This document shows positions 50,003 through 59,415 of a stretch of DNA of 64,000 nucleotides, one piece after another. Location of the stretch: assembly GCF_044324875.1 (NCBI RefSeq), contig NZ_CP172185.1, one strand, 5' to 3'. This DNA comes from Escherichia coli. Its GTDB lineage: Bacteria; Pseudomonadota; Gammaproteobacteria; Enterobacterales; Enterobacteriaceae. The position numbers and the translations under genes were made by a program. The notes under the pieces are model-generated. The model was not told the DNA's origin. It was given only the letters and a program-made list of their open reading frames with translations, and did not search any database. Numbering within the stretch: the stretch's first letter is position 1; every line of letters begins with the position of its first letter.

Positions 50003-51031
50003 ATGGGATTGTTTACGACCCGCCAGTTACTCGGTTATACCGAACAAAAAGTGAAATTTCGTGCGCTGTTTCTGGAGCTGTTTTTCCGCCGTACGGTGAA
50101 TTTCCATACCGAAGAGGTGATGCTGGACAAAATTACCGGAAAAACGCCGGTGGCGGCCTATGTCTCCCCGGTTGTTGAAGGAAAAGTGCTGCGTCATCGT
50201 GGTGGTGAAACCCGCGTCTTGCGTCCGGGCTACGTCAAGCCGAAACACGAATTTAATTCCCGGCAGGCGGTTGAGCGCCTTCCTGGTGAAGATCCGGCTC
50301 AACTGAACGATCCGGCTTACCGCCGTCTGCGTATCATTACCGATAACCTCAAACAGGAAGAGCACGCGATTGTCCAGGTGGAAGAAATGCAGGCGGTAAA
50401 TGCCGTGCTGTATGGCAAATACACCATGGAAGGAGACCAGTTCGAGAAAATTGAGGTCGATTTTGGCAGATCGCCGGCGAATAACATTACGCAGGCCAGT
50501 GGTAAAAAATGGTCTGAGCACGATCGTGACACGTTCGATCCTGCGCATGATATTGACCTCTACTGCGACCAGGCCAGCGGCCTTGTGAATATTGCCATTA
50601 TGGACGGTACCGTCTGGCGTCTGCTGAATGGTTTTAAGCTGTTCCGCGAAAAACTGGATACCCGTCGCGGTTCAAATTCGCAACTCGAAACGGCAGTGAA
50701 AGACCTGGGGGCGGTGGTGTCTTTCAAAGGGTATTACGGTGATCTGGCCATTGTGGTGGCGAAAACGTCTTATGTGGCAGAGGACGGTACCGAAAAACGT
50801 TATCTGCCAGACGGCACGCTGGTCCTGGGGAATACTGCTGCAGATGGGATCCGTTGTTACGGTGCCATTCAGGATGCACAGGCGTTGTCTGAAGGAGTGG
50901 TGGCCTCTTCCCGTTATCCGAAACACTGGCTGACGGTGGGGGATCCCGGCCGTGAATTTACCATGACGCAGTCCGCGCCGCTGATGGTGTTGCCGGACCC
51001 GGATGAGTTTGTGGTGGTACAGGTGAAATAA
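50003..51031 (+). CDS. E: Major capsid protein
   Basis: 342 aa, with the length and position of lambda gpE. Confidence 0.93.
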   Translation: MGLFTTRQLLGYTEQKVKFRALFLELFFRRTVNFHTEEVMLDKITGKTPVAAYVSPVVEGKVLRHRGGETRVLRPGYVKPKHEFNSRQAVERLPGEDPAQLNDPAYRRLRIITDNLKQEEHAIVQVEEMQAVNAVLYGKYTMEGDQFEKIEVDFGRSPANNITQASGKKWSEHDRDTFDPAHDIDLYCDQASGLVNIAIMDGTVWRLLNGFKLFREKLDTRRGSNSQLETAVKDLGAVVSFKGYYGDLAIVVAKTSYVAEDGTEKRYLPDGTLVLGNTAADGIRCYGAIQDAQALSEGVVASSRYPKHWLTVGDPGREFTMTQSAPLMVLPDPDEFVVVQVK

Positions 51032-51039
51032 TCCGTGAG

Positions 51040-51068
51040 CGGGGGCGAAATGCCCCCGTGTCTTTTTT
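51040..51068 (+). terminator. Intrinsic terminator immediately after the major capsid gene
   Basis: cgggggc-gaaat-gcccccg followed by tgtctttttt. Confidence 0.7.
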
Positions 51069-51082
51069 CACAGGGGGCTGAT

Positions 51083-51445
51083 ATGGCAACGAAAGAGCAA
51101 AATCTGAAACGGCTTGATGAACTGGCCCGGATTCTGGGGCGTGAGCCGGATATATCCGGGAGTGCCGCAGAGATAGCGCAGCGGGTGGCGGAATGGGAAG
51201 AGGAAGCAGAGGACAAAAACCAGGAGAGTGATGAGAACGAAAGGCATTTGATGACGTATAGCTACTCCACTGGCGGGGATGAAATGAGCACTGTTCGTGT
51301 ACTCAAAACCCTGCATGTGGCGGGAAAACATCCGCATGATGACAGTGATATGGAGATTGTTGTTACAGGTATGACTGTCAGAGTTGATCCAGTGAATGTT
51401 GCGGAACTTGTCCTGGAGGGGCTTGTTACAGATGAAAGTTATTAA
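51083..51445 (+). CDS. FI: DNA-packaging/head accessory protein FI
   Basis: 120 aa from MATKEQNLKRLDEL, at the FI position. The central region is acidic. Confidence 0.75.
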   Translation: MATKEQNLKRLDELARILGREPDISGSAAEIAQRVAEWEEEAEDKNQESDENERHLMTYSYSTGGDEMSTVRVLKTLHVAGKHPHDDSDMEIVVTGMTVRVDPVNVAELVLEGLVTDESY

Positions 51446-51794
51446 TATCAGGGATAACGGTTTTGATACAGCCATTGCCCGGGCTGATGAAACGATACGC
51501 GGGCATATGGGAACGTCAGCCACCATTACATCCGGTGAGCAGCCCGGCGCAGTAATACGTGGTGTTTTTGATGACCCTGAAAATATCAGCTATGCCGGAC
51601 AGGGCGTGCGCGTTGAAGGCTCCAGCCCGTCCCTGTTTGTCCGGACTGATGATGTGCGGCAACTGCGGCGTGGAGACACGCTGACCATCGGTGAGGAAAA
51701 CTTCTGGATAGACCGGGTTTCGCCGGATGATGGCGGAAGCTGTCATCTGTGGCTGGAGCGGGGAGCGCCGCCTGCCACGGCGCGCCGACGCTGA
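51432..51794 (+). CDS. FII: Head-tail connector FII
   Basis: 120 aa. ...AIARADETIRGHMGTSATITSGEQPGAVIRGVFDDPENISYAGQGVRVEGSSPSLFVRTD... is nearly identical to lambda gpFII as I recall it. Confidence 0.9.
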   Translation: MKVINIRDNGFDTAIARADETIRGHMGTSATITSGEQPGAVIRGVFDDPENISYAGQGVRVEGSSPSLFVRTDDVRQLRRGDTLTIGEENFWIDRVSPDDGGSCHLWLERGAPPATARRR

Positions 51795-52114
51795 GGGAGT
51801 GAGTATGTATATCCGGGGTATGGAAAATGCCATTGAAAACCTGAGCCGTATTAACCGCAGTGCGGTACCCGGTGCGGCGGCGATGGCCTTAAACCGGCTG
51901 GGTTCTGCAGTCACTGCGCAATCGGCATCACAGGTATCCCGTGAGGTCAAAATCCCACGGAAATTTGTCCGTGAAAGGATGAAGCTAAAAAAGGCCACAC
52001 CAAAAAATCAGTCTGTCCGGATCTAGACTGGCCCCCTGAATCTCCAGACAACCAGTATCACTTAAATAAGTGATAGTCTTAATACTAGTTTTTAGACTAG
52101 TCATTGGAGAACAG

Positions 52115-52480
52115 ATGATTGATGTCTTAGGGCCGGAGAAACGCAGACGGCGTACCACACAGGAAAAGATCGCAATTGTTCAGCAGAGCTTTGAACCGGG
52201 GATGACGGTCTCCCTCGTTGCCCGGCAACATGGTGTAGCAGCCAGCCAGTTATTTCTCTGGCGTAAGCAATACCAGGAAGGAAGTCTTACTGCTGTCGCC
52301 GCCGGAGAACAGGTTGTTCCTGCCTCTGAACTTGCTGCCGCCATGAAGCAGATTAAAGAACTCCAGCGCCTGCTCGGCAAGAAAACGATGGAAAATGAAC
52401 TCCTCAAAGAAGCCGTTGAATATGGACGGGCAAAAAAGTGGATAGCGCACGCGCCCTTATTGCCCGGGGATGGGGAGTAA
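52115..52480 (+). CDS. insC: IS2 transposase OrfA (InsC)
   Basis: 121 aa ([26 protein letters not shown]...). Confidence 0.92.
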
Positions 52481-53343
52481 GCTTAGTCAGCCGTTGTCTC
52501 CGGGTGTCGCGTGCGCAGTTGCACGTCATTCTCAGACGAACCGATGACTGGATGGATGGCCGCCGCAGTCGTCACACTGATGATACGGATGTGCTTCTCC
52601 GTATACACCATGTTATCGGAGAGCTGCCAACGTATGGTTATCGTCGGGTATGGGCGCTGCTTCGCAGACAGGCAGAACTTGATGGTATGCCTGCGATCAA
52701 TGCCAAACGTGTTTACCGGATCATGCGCCAGAATGCGCTGTTGCTTGAGCGAAAACCTGCTGTACCGCCATCGAAACGGGCACATACAGGCAGAGTGGCT
52801 GTGAAAGAAAGTAATCAGCGATGGTGCTCTGACGGGTTCGAGTTCCGCTGTGATAACGGAGAAAAACTGCGAGTCACGTTCGCGCTGGACTGCTGTGACC
52901 GTGAGGCACTGCACTGGGCGGTCACTACGGGCGGCTTCAACAGTGAAACAGTACAGGACGTCATGCTGGGAGCGGTGGAACGCCGCTTCGGCAACGAGCT
53001 TCCGGCGTCTCCAGTAGAGTGGCTGACGGATAATGGTTCATGCTACCGGGCTAATGAAACACGGCAGTTTGCCCGGATGTTGGGGCTTGAACCGAAGAGC
53101 ACGGCGGTGCGGAGTCCGGAGAGTAACGGCATAGCAGAGAGCTTCGTGAAAACGATAAAGCGTGACTACATCAGTGTCATGCCCAAACCAGACGGGTTAA
53201 CGGCAGCAAAGAACCTTGCAGAGGCGTTCGAGCATTATAACGAATGGCATCCGCATAGTGCACTGGGTTATCGCTCGCCACGGGAATATCTACGGCAGCA
53301 AGCCAGTAATGGGTTAAGTGATAACAGGTGTCTGGAAATATAG
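52438..53343 (+). CDS. insD: IS2 transposase OrfB (InsD), normally expressed as an OrfAB frameshift fusion
   Basis: 301-aa DDE/RNase-H-fold ORF overlapping insC in the -1 frame. Confidence 0.92.
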
Positions 53344-53718
53344 GGGCAAATCCAGGATCGTGGTTAACCGGGGCGATTTTCCGGTGATCAAACTGGGTAA
53401 CGCCAGACTGCGACTGTCCAGGCGTAAACGTCGTCGAAAGGGCGAGCGTTCAGCCGAGAAAGGCGGAGGAAGTGTTCTTGTCGTGGGGAACCGCCGTATT
53501 CCGGGGGCTTTTATCCAGAGACTTAAAAACGGTCGCTGGCATGTTATGCAGCGGGAAGCAGGCCGAAATCGTTATCCTATTGATGTGGTGAAAATACCGA
53601 TGCAGGCTCCGCTGACGTCAGGGGTGCAGGAGAATATCACACGGTTGTACAGGGATAAGTTTCCCGCAGAACTGGCTGCCGCACTGAAACAGAAGATACG
53701 AATGGAGGTGAAAAAGCG

Positions 53719-54114
53719 ATGAAGCATACTGATATCCGCAATGCCGTGCTGAATGCGCTGGAGGAGACTACCGAGGGTGTGACGCTGTATGACGGACTGC
53801 CCGCCGTTATCGAAGACGGGGATTTTCCGGTTATTGCCGTTTATATCACGGATGCTGCATATACAGGTGAGGTGCTTGATGCGGATACGTGGGAGGCCAC
53901 TCTGCATATTAATCTGTTTCTTCCGGTCCAGGTTCCTGATGCTGAACTGGATGACTGGATGGAAAAACGCATTTATCCGGCGATTGAAAATATCCCCGCT
54001 CTGGCCGGACTGATAACCACCATGGTACCGCAGGGCTATGATTACCAGCGTGATCAGGACATGGGGTCATGGAGTGCGGCAGATCTGACTTATACCATTA
54101 CATACGATATGTGA
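53719..54114 (+). CDS. U: Tail tube terminator protein U
   Basis: 131 aa (MKHTDIRNAVLNALE...DLTYTITYDM), as in lambda gpU. Confidence 0.9.
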   Translation: MKHTDIRNAVLNALEETTEGVTLYDGLPAVIEDGDFPVIAVYITDAAYTGEVLDADTWEATLHINLFLPVQVPDAELDDWMEKRIYPAIENIPALAGLITTMVPQGYDYQRDQDMGSWSAADLTYTITYDM

Positions 54115-54123
54115 GGCTGAATA

Positions 54124-54861
54124 ATGACAACACCGAATCCGGCAGCACCGGTAAAAGGTGCAGGAACCACGCTCTGGGTATACACCGGAAAAGGGGATCC
54201 GTATGCGAATCCACTGTCCGATGTTGACTGGGAGCGTCTGGCAAAAGTGAAGGATCTGGCTCCCGGTGATATGACCGCTGAGTATTATGATGATAATTAT
54301 CTTGATGACGACGATGCGGACTGGGTTTCCACAGGGCAGGGGCAGAAGTCAGCAGGAGATACCAGTTTTACGCTGGCATGGAAACCCGGCGAAAACGGGC
54401 AGCGAGGGTTACTGGCATGGTTCGATCAGGGGGATGTTCGTGCCTATAAAATCCGCTTTCCGAACGGCACGGTGGATGTTTTTCGTGGCTGGGTGAGCAG
54501 TATTGGCAAAGCGATTACTGCAAAGGATGTTATCACGCGTACTGTAAAAGTGACCAATGTCGGACGTCCGTCTCTGGCGGAAGATCAGGGCAGTGTTACG
54601 GCGCTCACCGGTATTACCCTGACACCATCCACTCATACCTTGGCGAAGAACAGCACTGTGGATCTGACCGTGGCACTCCAGCCTGCGCGGGCTACCGATA
54701 AAACTTTCCGTGCCATTTCCACCGACACATCAAAAGCGACGATCAGCGTTAATGATATGACCATCACAGTGAAGGGCATCGCTGCGGGTAAATCGCAGAT
54801 CCTGGCCATCAGTGGTGACGGTCAGTTTGCGGCTGTCGCAGAAATCAATGTTACGGGCTGA
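54124..54861 (+). CDS. V: Major tail tube protein V (with C-terminal Ig-like domain)
   Basis: 245 aa with the position and length of lambda gpV. Confidence 0.9.
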   Translation: MTTPNPAAPVKGAGTTLWVYTGKGDPYANPLSDVDWERLAKVKDLAPGDMTAEYYDDNYLDDDDADWVSTGQGQKSAGDTSFTLAWKPGENGQRGLLAWFDQGDVRAYKIRFPNGTVDVFRGWVSSIGKAITAKDVITRTVKVTNVGRPSLAEDQGSVTALTGITLTPSTHTLAKNSTVDLTVALQPARATDKTFRAISTDTSKATISVNDMTITVKGIAAGKSQILAISGDGQFAAVAEINVTG

Positions 54862-54896
54862 TATCAGGCCTTTCTGCTTTTTCCGGAGTTTTACCG

Positions 54897-55301
54897 ATGT
54901 TTCTCAAAAATGAACCGTTTGAATATAACGGGCAGTCCGTCACGCTCACGGAACTGTCAGCCCTGCAGCGTATCAGCCACCTTGCCTTCCTGAAAGCGCG
55001 TGAAGAGGCTGAGGGGGGTGATGATATACAGGTGGCACTGGATGACACTATCCGGGAGGGGGCATACCTTGTGGCTATGTCACTGTGGCATACCCATCCT
55101 GTAAAGGGGACGCTGGGATCGCCGGAAGACGAAGAACGACAACTGATGAATGAGGTATTGCAGAGATGGCCGGTGGAGGCCATCTCTGCAGCATTCAGTC
55201 GTGTCATTGTTCTGTCGGGAATGGTGACCCCGGTACGGACCGCGCCGGAAGAGGAGGAGACTGAAGCGGTGACGGCGGGAAAGCCTTCGACAGTGAACTG
55301 A
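54897..55301 (+). CDS. G: Tail assembly chaperone G
   Basis: 134 aa. The slippery site lies near its 3' end. Confidence 0.88.
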   Translation: MFLKNEPFEYNGQSVTLTELSALQRISHLAFLKAREEAEGGDDIQVALDDTIREGAYLVAMSLWHTHPVKGTLGSPEDEERQLMNEVLQRWPVEAISAAFSRVIVLSGMVTPVRTAPEEEETEAVTAGKPSTVN

Positions 55302-55729
55302 ATTTTGTCCTGAGACTGGCGCGTGAGATGGGAAGACCCGACTGGCGCGCCATGCTGGCGGATATGTCATCAACGGAATATGCCGACTGGCATCAGTTTT
55401 ACCGTACGCATTATTTTCATGATGTGCTGCTGGATCAGCATTTTGCTGGGCTGACGTATACCGTGCTCAGCCTGTTTTTCAGCGATCCGGATATGCATCC
55501 GCTGGATTTCAGTCTGCTGAACCGGCGTGAGGCTGACGAAGAGCCTGAAGATGACGTGCTGATGCAGAAAGCAGCAGGGCTTGCCGGAGGGGTTCGTTTT
55601 GACCCTGCGGGGAATAAAGTCATCTGCATTGCCTCTGATGTGGAGGATATGACGGGGGATGGTGTCATGCTGATGACGATATCGGAAGGTATAGCAGGAG
55701 GTAGACGGTATGGCTCAACCGGTCAGTGA
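54897..55729 (+). CDS. G-T: Tail assembly chaperone G-T (-1 programmed frameshift product)
   Basis: The -1 frame from 55283 reads ...GKAFDSELNFVLRLAREMGRPDWRAMLADMSSTEYADWH... to the stop at 55727-55729, colinear with lambda gpGT. Confidence 0.8.
55277..55283 (+). promoter_or_regulatory. G GGA AAG -1 ribosomal frameshift heptamer
   Basis: The heptamer is in the correct X XXY YYZ phase of the G frame (codons GGA 55278-55280 and AAG 55281-55283). Confidence 0.85.
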
Positions 55730-56882
55730 TCTTGTCGTTGATATGACGCTGGATGCCACCCGGTTCAGCGAACAGATCAAAAAGGTCAGGCAGCATTTTC
55801 AGCAGGTGGACAGTGATGCAGGAAAAACGGCTGTTGCTGTTGAGCAATCCATGTCCCGGCAGGCGGAAGCTGCCCGCCGTGCCGGGATATCCATCGGTCA
55901 GTATAAGGCTGCGATGCGCACTCTGCCCGCGCAGTTTACTGATATCGCCACGCAACTGGCCGGTGGTCAGAGTCCATGGCTGATCCTGTTGCAGCAGGGC
56001 GGTCAGGTGAAGGACTCCTTCGGCGGACTGATCCCCATGTTCCGGGGACTTGCGGGGGCCGTTTCGTTACCAGCTGTCGGGGTGGGGGCTTTGGCTGCAG
56101 CGACAGGAGCGCTGGCGTATGCCTGGTACCAGGGTGACTCAATCCTGTCTGATTTCAGTAAAACGCTCGTATTGTCCGGTAATCAGGCAGGACTGACGGC
56201 AGATCGTATGCTGGCCCTGTCCAGAGCCGGGCAGGCAGCAGGGCTGACGTTTAACCAGACCAGCGAATCACTCAGTGCACTGGTTAAGGCGGGGGTACGC
56301 GGTGAGGCTCAGATTGCATCCATCAGCCAGAGTGTGGCGCGTTTCTCCTCTGCATCCGGCGTGGAGGTGGACAGGGTCGCTGAAGCCTTCGGGAAGCTGA
56401 CCTCTGACCCGACATCGGGGCTGACGGCGATGGCGCGCCAGTTCCATAACGTGACGGCGGAGCAGATTGCGTATGTTGCTCAGTTGCAGCGTTCCGGCGA
56501 TGAAGCAGGGGCATTGCAGGCGGCAAACGAGGCCGCAACGAAAGGGTTTGATGACCAGACCCGTCGACTGAAAGAGAACATGGGCACACTGGAGACCTGG
56601 GCAGACAAAACTGCCGGAGCGTTCAGAAGCATGTGGGACGCTATTCTGGATATTGGTCGCCCGGAGTCCTCTGCTGACATACTGGATAAGGCGCAGAAAG
56701 CCTTTGATGAAGCAGATAAAAAATGGCAGTGGTATCAGAGCCGCAGTCACCGACGGGGTAAAACATCTTCATTTCGTGCGAATCTTCAGGGCGCGTGGGA
56801 TGACAGAGTAAATGCGCAACTGGGGCTTTCAGCGGCCACACTGCAGGCTGATCTTGAAAAAGCCAGTGAGATGGCTGCAAAA

Positions 56883-57020
56883 TGGCATCTGAATCGATCG
56901 CAGTTTGGCATTCGAATCGATCATGATTTGGCATCCATCTCCGATCACAGTTTGGCATCACAATCGATCACGATTTGGCATGCTTCCGATCATTGATTGG
57001 CATCCTGCCAGTCACTCCGG
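56883..57020 (+). repeat. Six tandem ~23-bp subterminal repeats (TGGCAT-N4-8-(T)CGATCA-N3-5)
   Basis: The units are tggcatctgaatcgatcgcagtt, tggcattcgaatcgatcatgatt, tggcatccatctccgatcacagtt, tggcatcacaatcgatcacgatt, tggcatgcttccgatcattgat and tggcatcctgcc... About three related inverted copies lie at 59444-59514. Confidence 0.85.
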
Positions 57021-57077
57021 GAATTAACTCTTTTCACCACAGTCTCCATTGCCGTGTTTAAACCAGTGGAGACGTCA

Positions 57078-58643
57078 ATGTCCAGAAAGAGAAAATCCAG
57101 GAGCACTATGGAAACCTGTTTTAAGATCCTTCAGCTCAAGTTCGACAAGAAGCTGACTAACCGTTGTATCGGACTGACGTTACACATCAGCGCCTCAACC
57201 GTTTTTGAGGTTCTTGCCCGCTTCAAAGCCTCTTCTCTGTCATGGCCATTACCTGCTGATATATCCCATGACACGCTGGAGAAACTCATTTTTCCGCCCA
57301 AAGACACCTTTGCATCAGAGCTTGTAATGCCTGACATGTTGTACTTCGATACGGAAATGAGAAAACCAGGTGTGACGCGGCAACTGTTGTGGATGGAATA
57401 CAAGGCACAGGCGGGTAACAAAGCGATGGGATACTCGCACTTCTGCCGTTGCTACCGGGAGTGGAAAAAAACGCGACGTCTCTCCATGCGCCAGGAGCAT
57501 CGTGCCGGCGAAAAGCTTTTTATCGACTTCTGTGGTCCTACGGTTCCTGTTATTAATCCGGACACCGGTGAGATACGCCGCGTGGCAATCTTCGTGGCCG
57601 TAATGGGGGCGTCCAACTATACCTACGTTGAAGCGTGCGAAGGTCAGGACATGATGTCATGGTTAAATGCCCACAGCCGTTGCCTGACCTTCCTGGGCGG
57701 CGTACCGAAGCTGCTCATCCCCGATAACCTCAGAAGCGCAGTGAAAAAGGCCGATCGATATGAGCCTGTCATCAACGACAGTTATCAGGCACTGGCTGAG
57801 CACTATGGCACGGTTATCATCCCGGCCCGACCACGCAAACCTAAAGATAAACCAAAAGCAGAAAACGGCGTCCTCATCGTTGAACGATGGCTTCTTGCCC
57901 GCATCCGTAATGAAACCTTCCACACGCTCAGGGCGCTGAATGCGCGCCTTAGGGAGTTACTGACAGACATGAATAACCGGCCAATGAAGGGGTACGGCAA
58001 TCAAACCCGTGCAGAACGCTTCCGCATACTGGATGCGCCAGCACTCTCTCCGCTGCCTCTGGCACCTTATGAATACACGGAATACAAAGCTGTGAAGGTT
58101 GGCCCTGACTACCACGTTGAATATGCCCGTCACTGGTACTCCGTTCCACACGAACTGGTCGGTCAGCGTCTGTCACTGAAGGCGGGGCAGTCGGTGGTAC
58201 AGCTCTGGCACAAGGGGCAGTGTGTGGCGCAACATCCGCGCAGCACACATGAATATAAACACACAACCAATCCGCTTCACATGCCAGAGCGCCACCGGCA
58301 GCACGGGACATGGACACCGGAACGCCTGATCGAGCAGGGAAAACGTACGGGCCCGTCCACAGGCCGGGTGGTTGAATCCATGCTGAAGGCAAAACCCCAT
58401 CCGGAACTGGCTTATCGTGCAGTTCTGGGGCTGCTGGCACTTCAGAAAAAATACGGCCCGGAACGGCTGGAAAAGGCCTGTTACGTTGCCCTGCACTATA
58501 ACGCCCCTGACAGACGCTTTATCGACAATCTGCTGCGTCACCATCGGGAGAACCTGGAGCTTCCATTATCCCGCCAGGGCGAACAACATCCGGCATATGC
58601 TTCAGAGCATGAAAACCTGCGTGGTCCGGGCTACTACCACTGA
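57078..58643 (+). CDS. istA: IS21-family transposase IstA
   Basis: 521 aa from MSRKRKSRSTMETCFKILQLKF (HTH) with a DDE integrase core. The track ORF is extended upstream into the terminal repeats. Confidence 0.88.
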   Translation: MSRKRKSRSTMETCFKILQLKFDKKLTNRCIGLTLHISASTVFEVLARFKASSLSWPLPADISHDTLEKLIFPPKDTFASELVMPDMLYFDTEMRKPGVTRQLLWMEYKAQAGNKAMGYSHFCRCYREWKKTRRLSMRQEHRAGEKLFIDFCGPTVPVINPDTGEIRRVAIFVAVMGASNYTYVEACEGQDMMSWLNAHSRCLTFLGGVPKLLIPDNLRSAVKKADRYEPVINDSYQALAEHYGTVIIPARPRKPKDKPKAENGVLIVERWLLARIRNETFHTLRALNARLRELLTDMNNRPMKGYGNQTRAERFRILDAPALSPLPLAPYEYTEYKAVKVGPDYHVEYARHWYSVPHELVGQRLSLKAGQSVVQLWHKGQCVAQHPRSTHEYKHTTNPLHMPERHRQHGTWTPERLIEQGKRTGPSTGRVVESMLKAKPHPELAYRAVLGLLALQKKYGPERLEKACYVALHYNAPDRRFIDNLLRHHRENLELPLSRQGEQHPAYASEHENLRGPGYYH

Positions 58644-58659
58644 CAGAAGGAACAACAGT

Positions 58660-59415
58660 ATGAGTGATAACCTGTTAAACAAACTGACCCAACTGAAACT
58701 CCCGGCGATGGCCGGGAGCCTGATACGGCAGCGGGAAACGCCTCAGACCTACGACGAACTGTCGTTCGAGGAAAGGCTGACGCTGCTGGTTGATGACGAG
58801 CTTCTGAGCAGGGAAAACAGCCGTGTGGCACGGTTGAGAAAAAATGCCGGCCTGAAATACCAGGCAACACCGGAAGGGCTGCGCTATCCGGCCTCAAGAG
58901 GTCTGCGGGCTGAACAGATGAGAGAACTGCTGAACGGCCACTACATAACCCACAGGAAAAACCTGCTGATAACCGGTCCGACAGGATGTGGCAAGAGCTG
59001 GATAGCCAATGCGCTGGGCGAACAGGCATGTCGACAGAAACACAGCGTCCGGTACTGTAGAACCGGGCGATTACTGGAACAACTGGCTCAGGGACGTGTT
59101 GATGGCAGCTGGCTGAAATATCTGAAACAGTTGCAAAAAATACAGGTTCTAATCCTGGACGATCTGGGGCTGGAACAGTTAAGTAACGCCCAGTGTAATG
59201 ACCTTCTGGAGCTCATAGAGGATCGTTACGGACAAAGCAGCACGATAGTGGTAAGCCAGTTCCCGGTAGATAAATGGCATGGTCTGATGGAGAACCCAAC
59301 AACAGCAGATGCCATCCTGGACAGACTGGTACATAACTCACACCGAGTGGTCCTTCAGGGAGAGTCACTGAGGAAAAATCCCCCGGTAGTGGAAAGCAGC
59401 GAAAAAACGCGTTAA
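58660..59415 (+). CDS. istB: IS21-family helper ATPase IstB
   Basis: 251 aa from MSDNLLNKLTQLKLPAMA with Walker A GPTGCGKS and Walker B LILDDLG. Confidence 0.9.
   Translation: MSDNLLNKLTQLKLPAMAGSLIRQRETPQTYDELSFEERLTLLVDDELLSRENSRVARLRKNAGLKYQATPEGLRYPASRGLRAEQMRELLNGHYITHRKNLLITGPTGCGKSWIANALGEQACRQKHSVRYCRTGRLLEQLAQGRVDGSWLKYLKQLQKIQVLILDDLGLEQLSNAQCNDLLELIEDRYGQSSTIVVSQFPVDKWHGLMENPTTADAILDRLVHNSHRVVLQGESLRKNPPVVESSEKTR

Larger units (their letters stand above)
52024..53354 (+). mobile_element. IS2: IS2 (IS3 family), 1331 bp, with 5-bp target duplication GGATC
   Basis: The ends tagactggccccctgaatctccagac... and ...ggaaatataggggcaaatcca match IS2 termini as I recall them. GGATC occurs at 52019-52023 and again at 53355-53359. 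Confidence 0.93.
51805..53722 (+). pseudogene. Z: Tail terminator-associated gene Z, interrupted by IS2 after codon 73
   Basis: The N-terminal part (51805-52023, …ENLSRINRSAVPGAAAMALNRL…) runs into a stop at the IS2 edge. The C-terminal part resumes in frame at 53360 (VVNRGDFPVIKLGNAR…) and ends at 53722. Joined, the gene gives 193 codons, like lambda Z. Confidence 0.9.

Noticed and set aside
56883-57020. Regularly spaced ~23-bp repeats considered as a possible CRISPR-like array
   Set aside because: There are no unique spacers between the units. The repeats are contiguous, are mirrored at the other end of an istA/istB element, and fit the IS21-family subterminal transposase-binding sites.
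56997-58659. N-terminal extensions of the track ORFs for istA (from 56997) and istB (from 58417)
   Set aside because: The extensions run through the terminal repeats or overlap the istA 3' end. Internal ATGs at 57078 and 58660 give products of typical IstA/IstB form.
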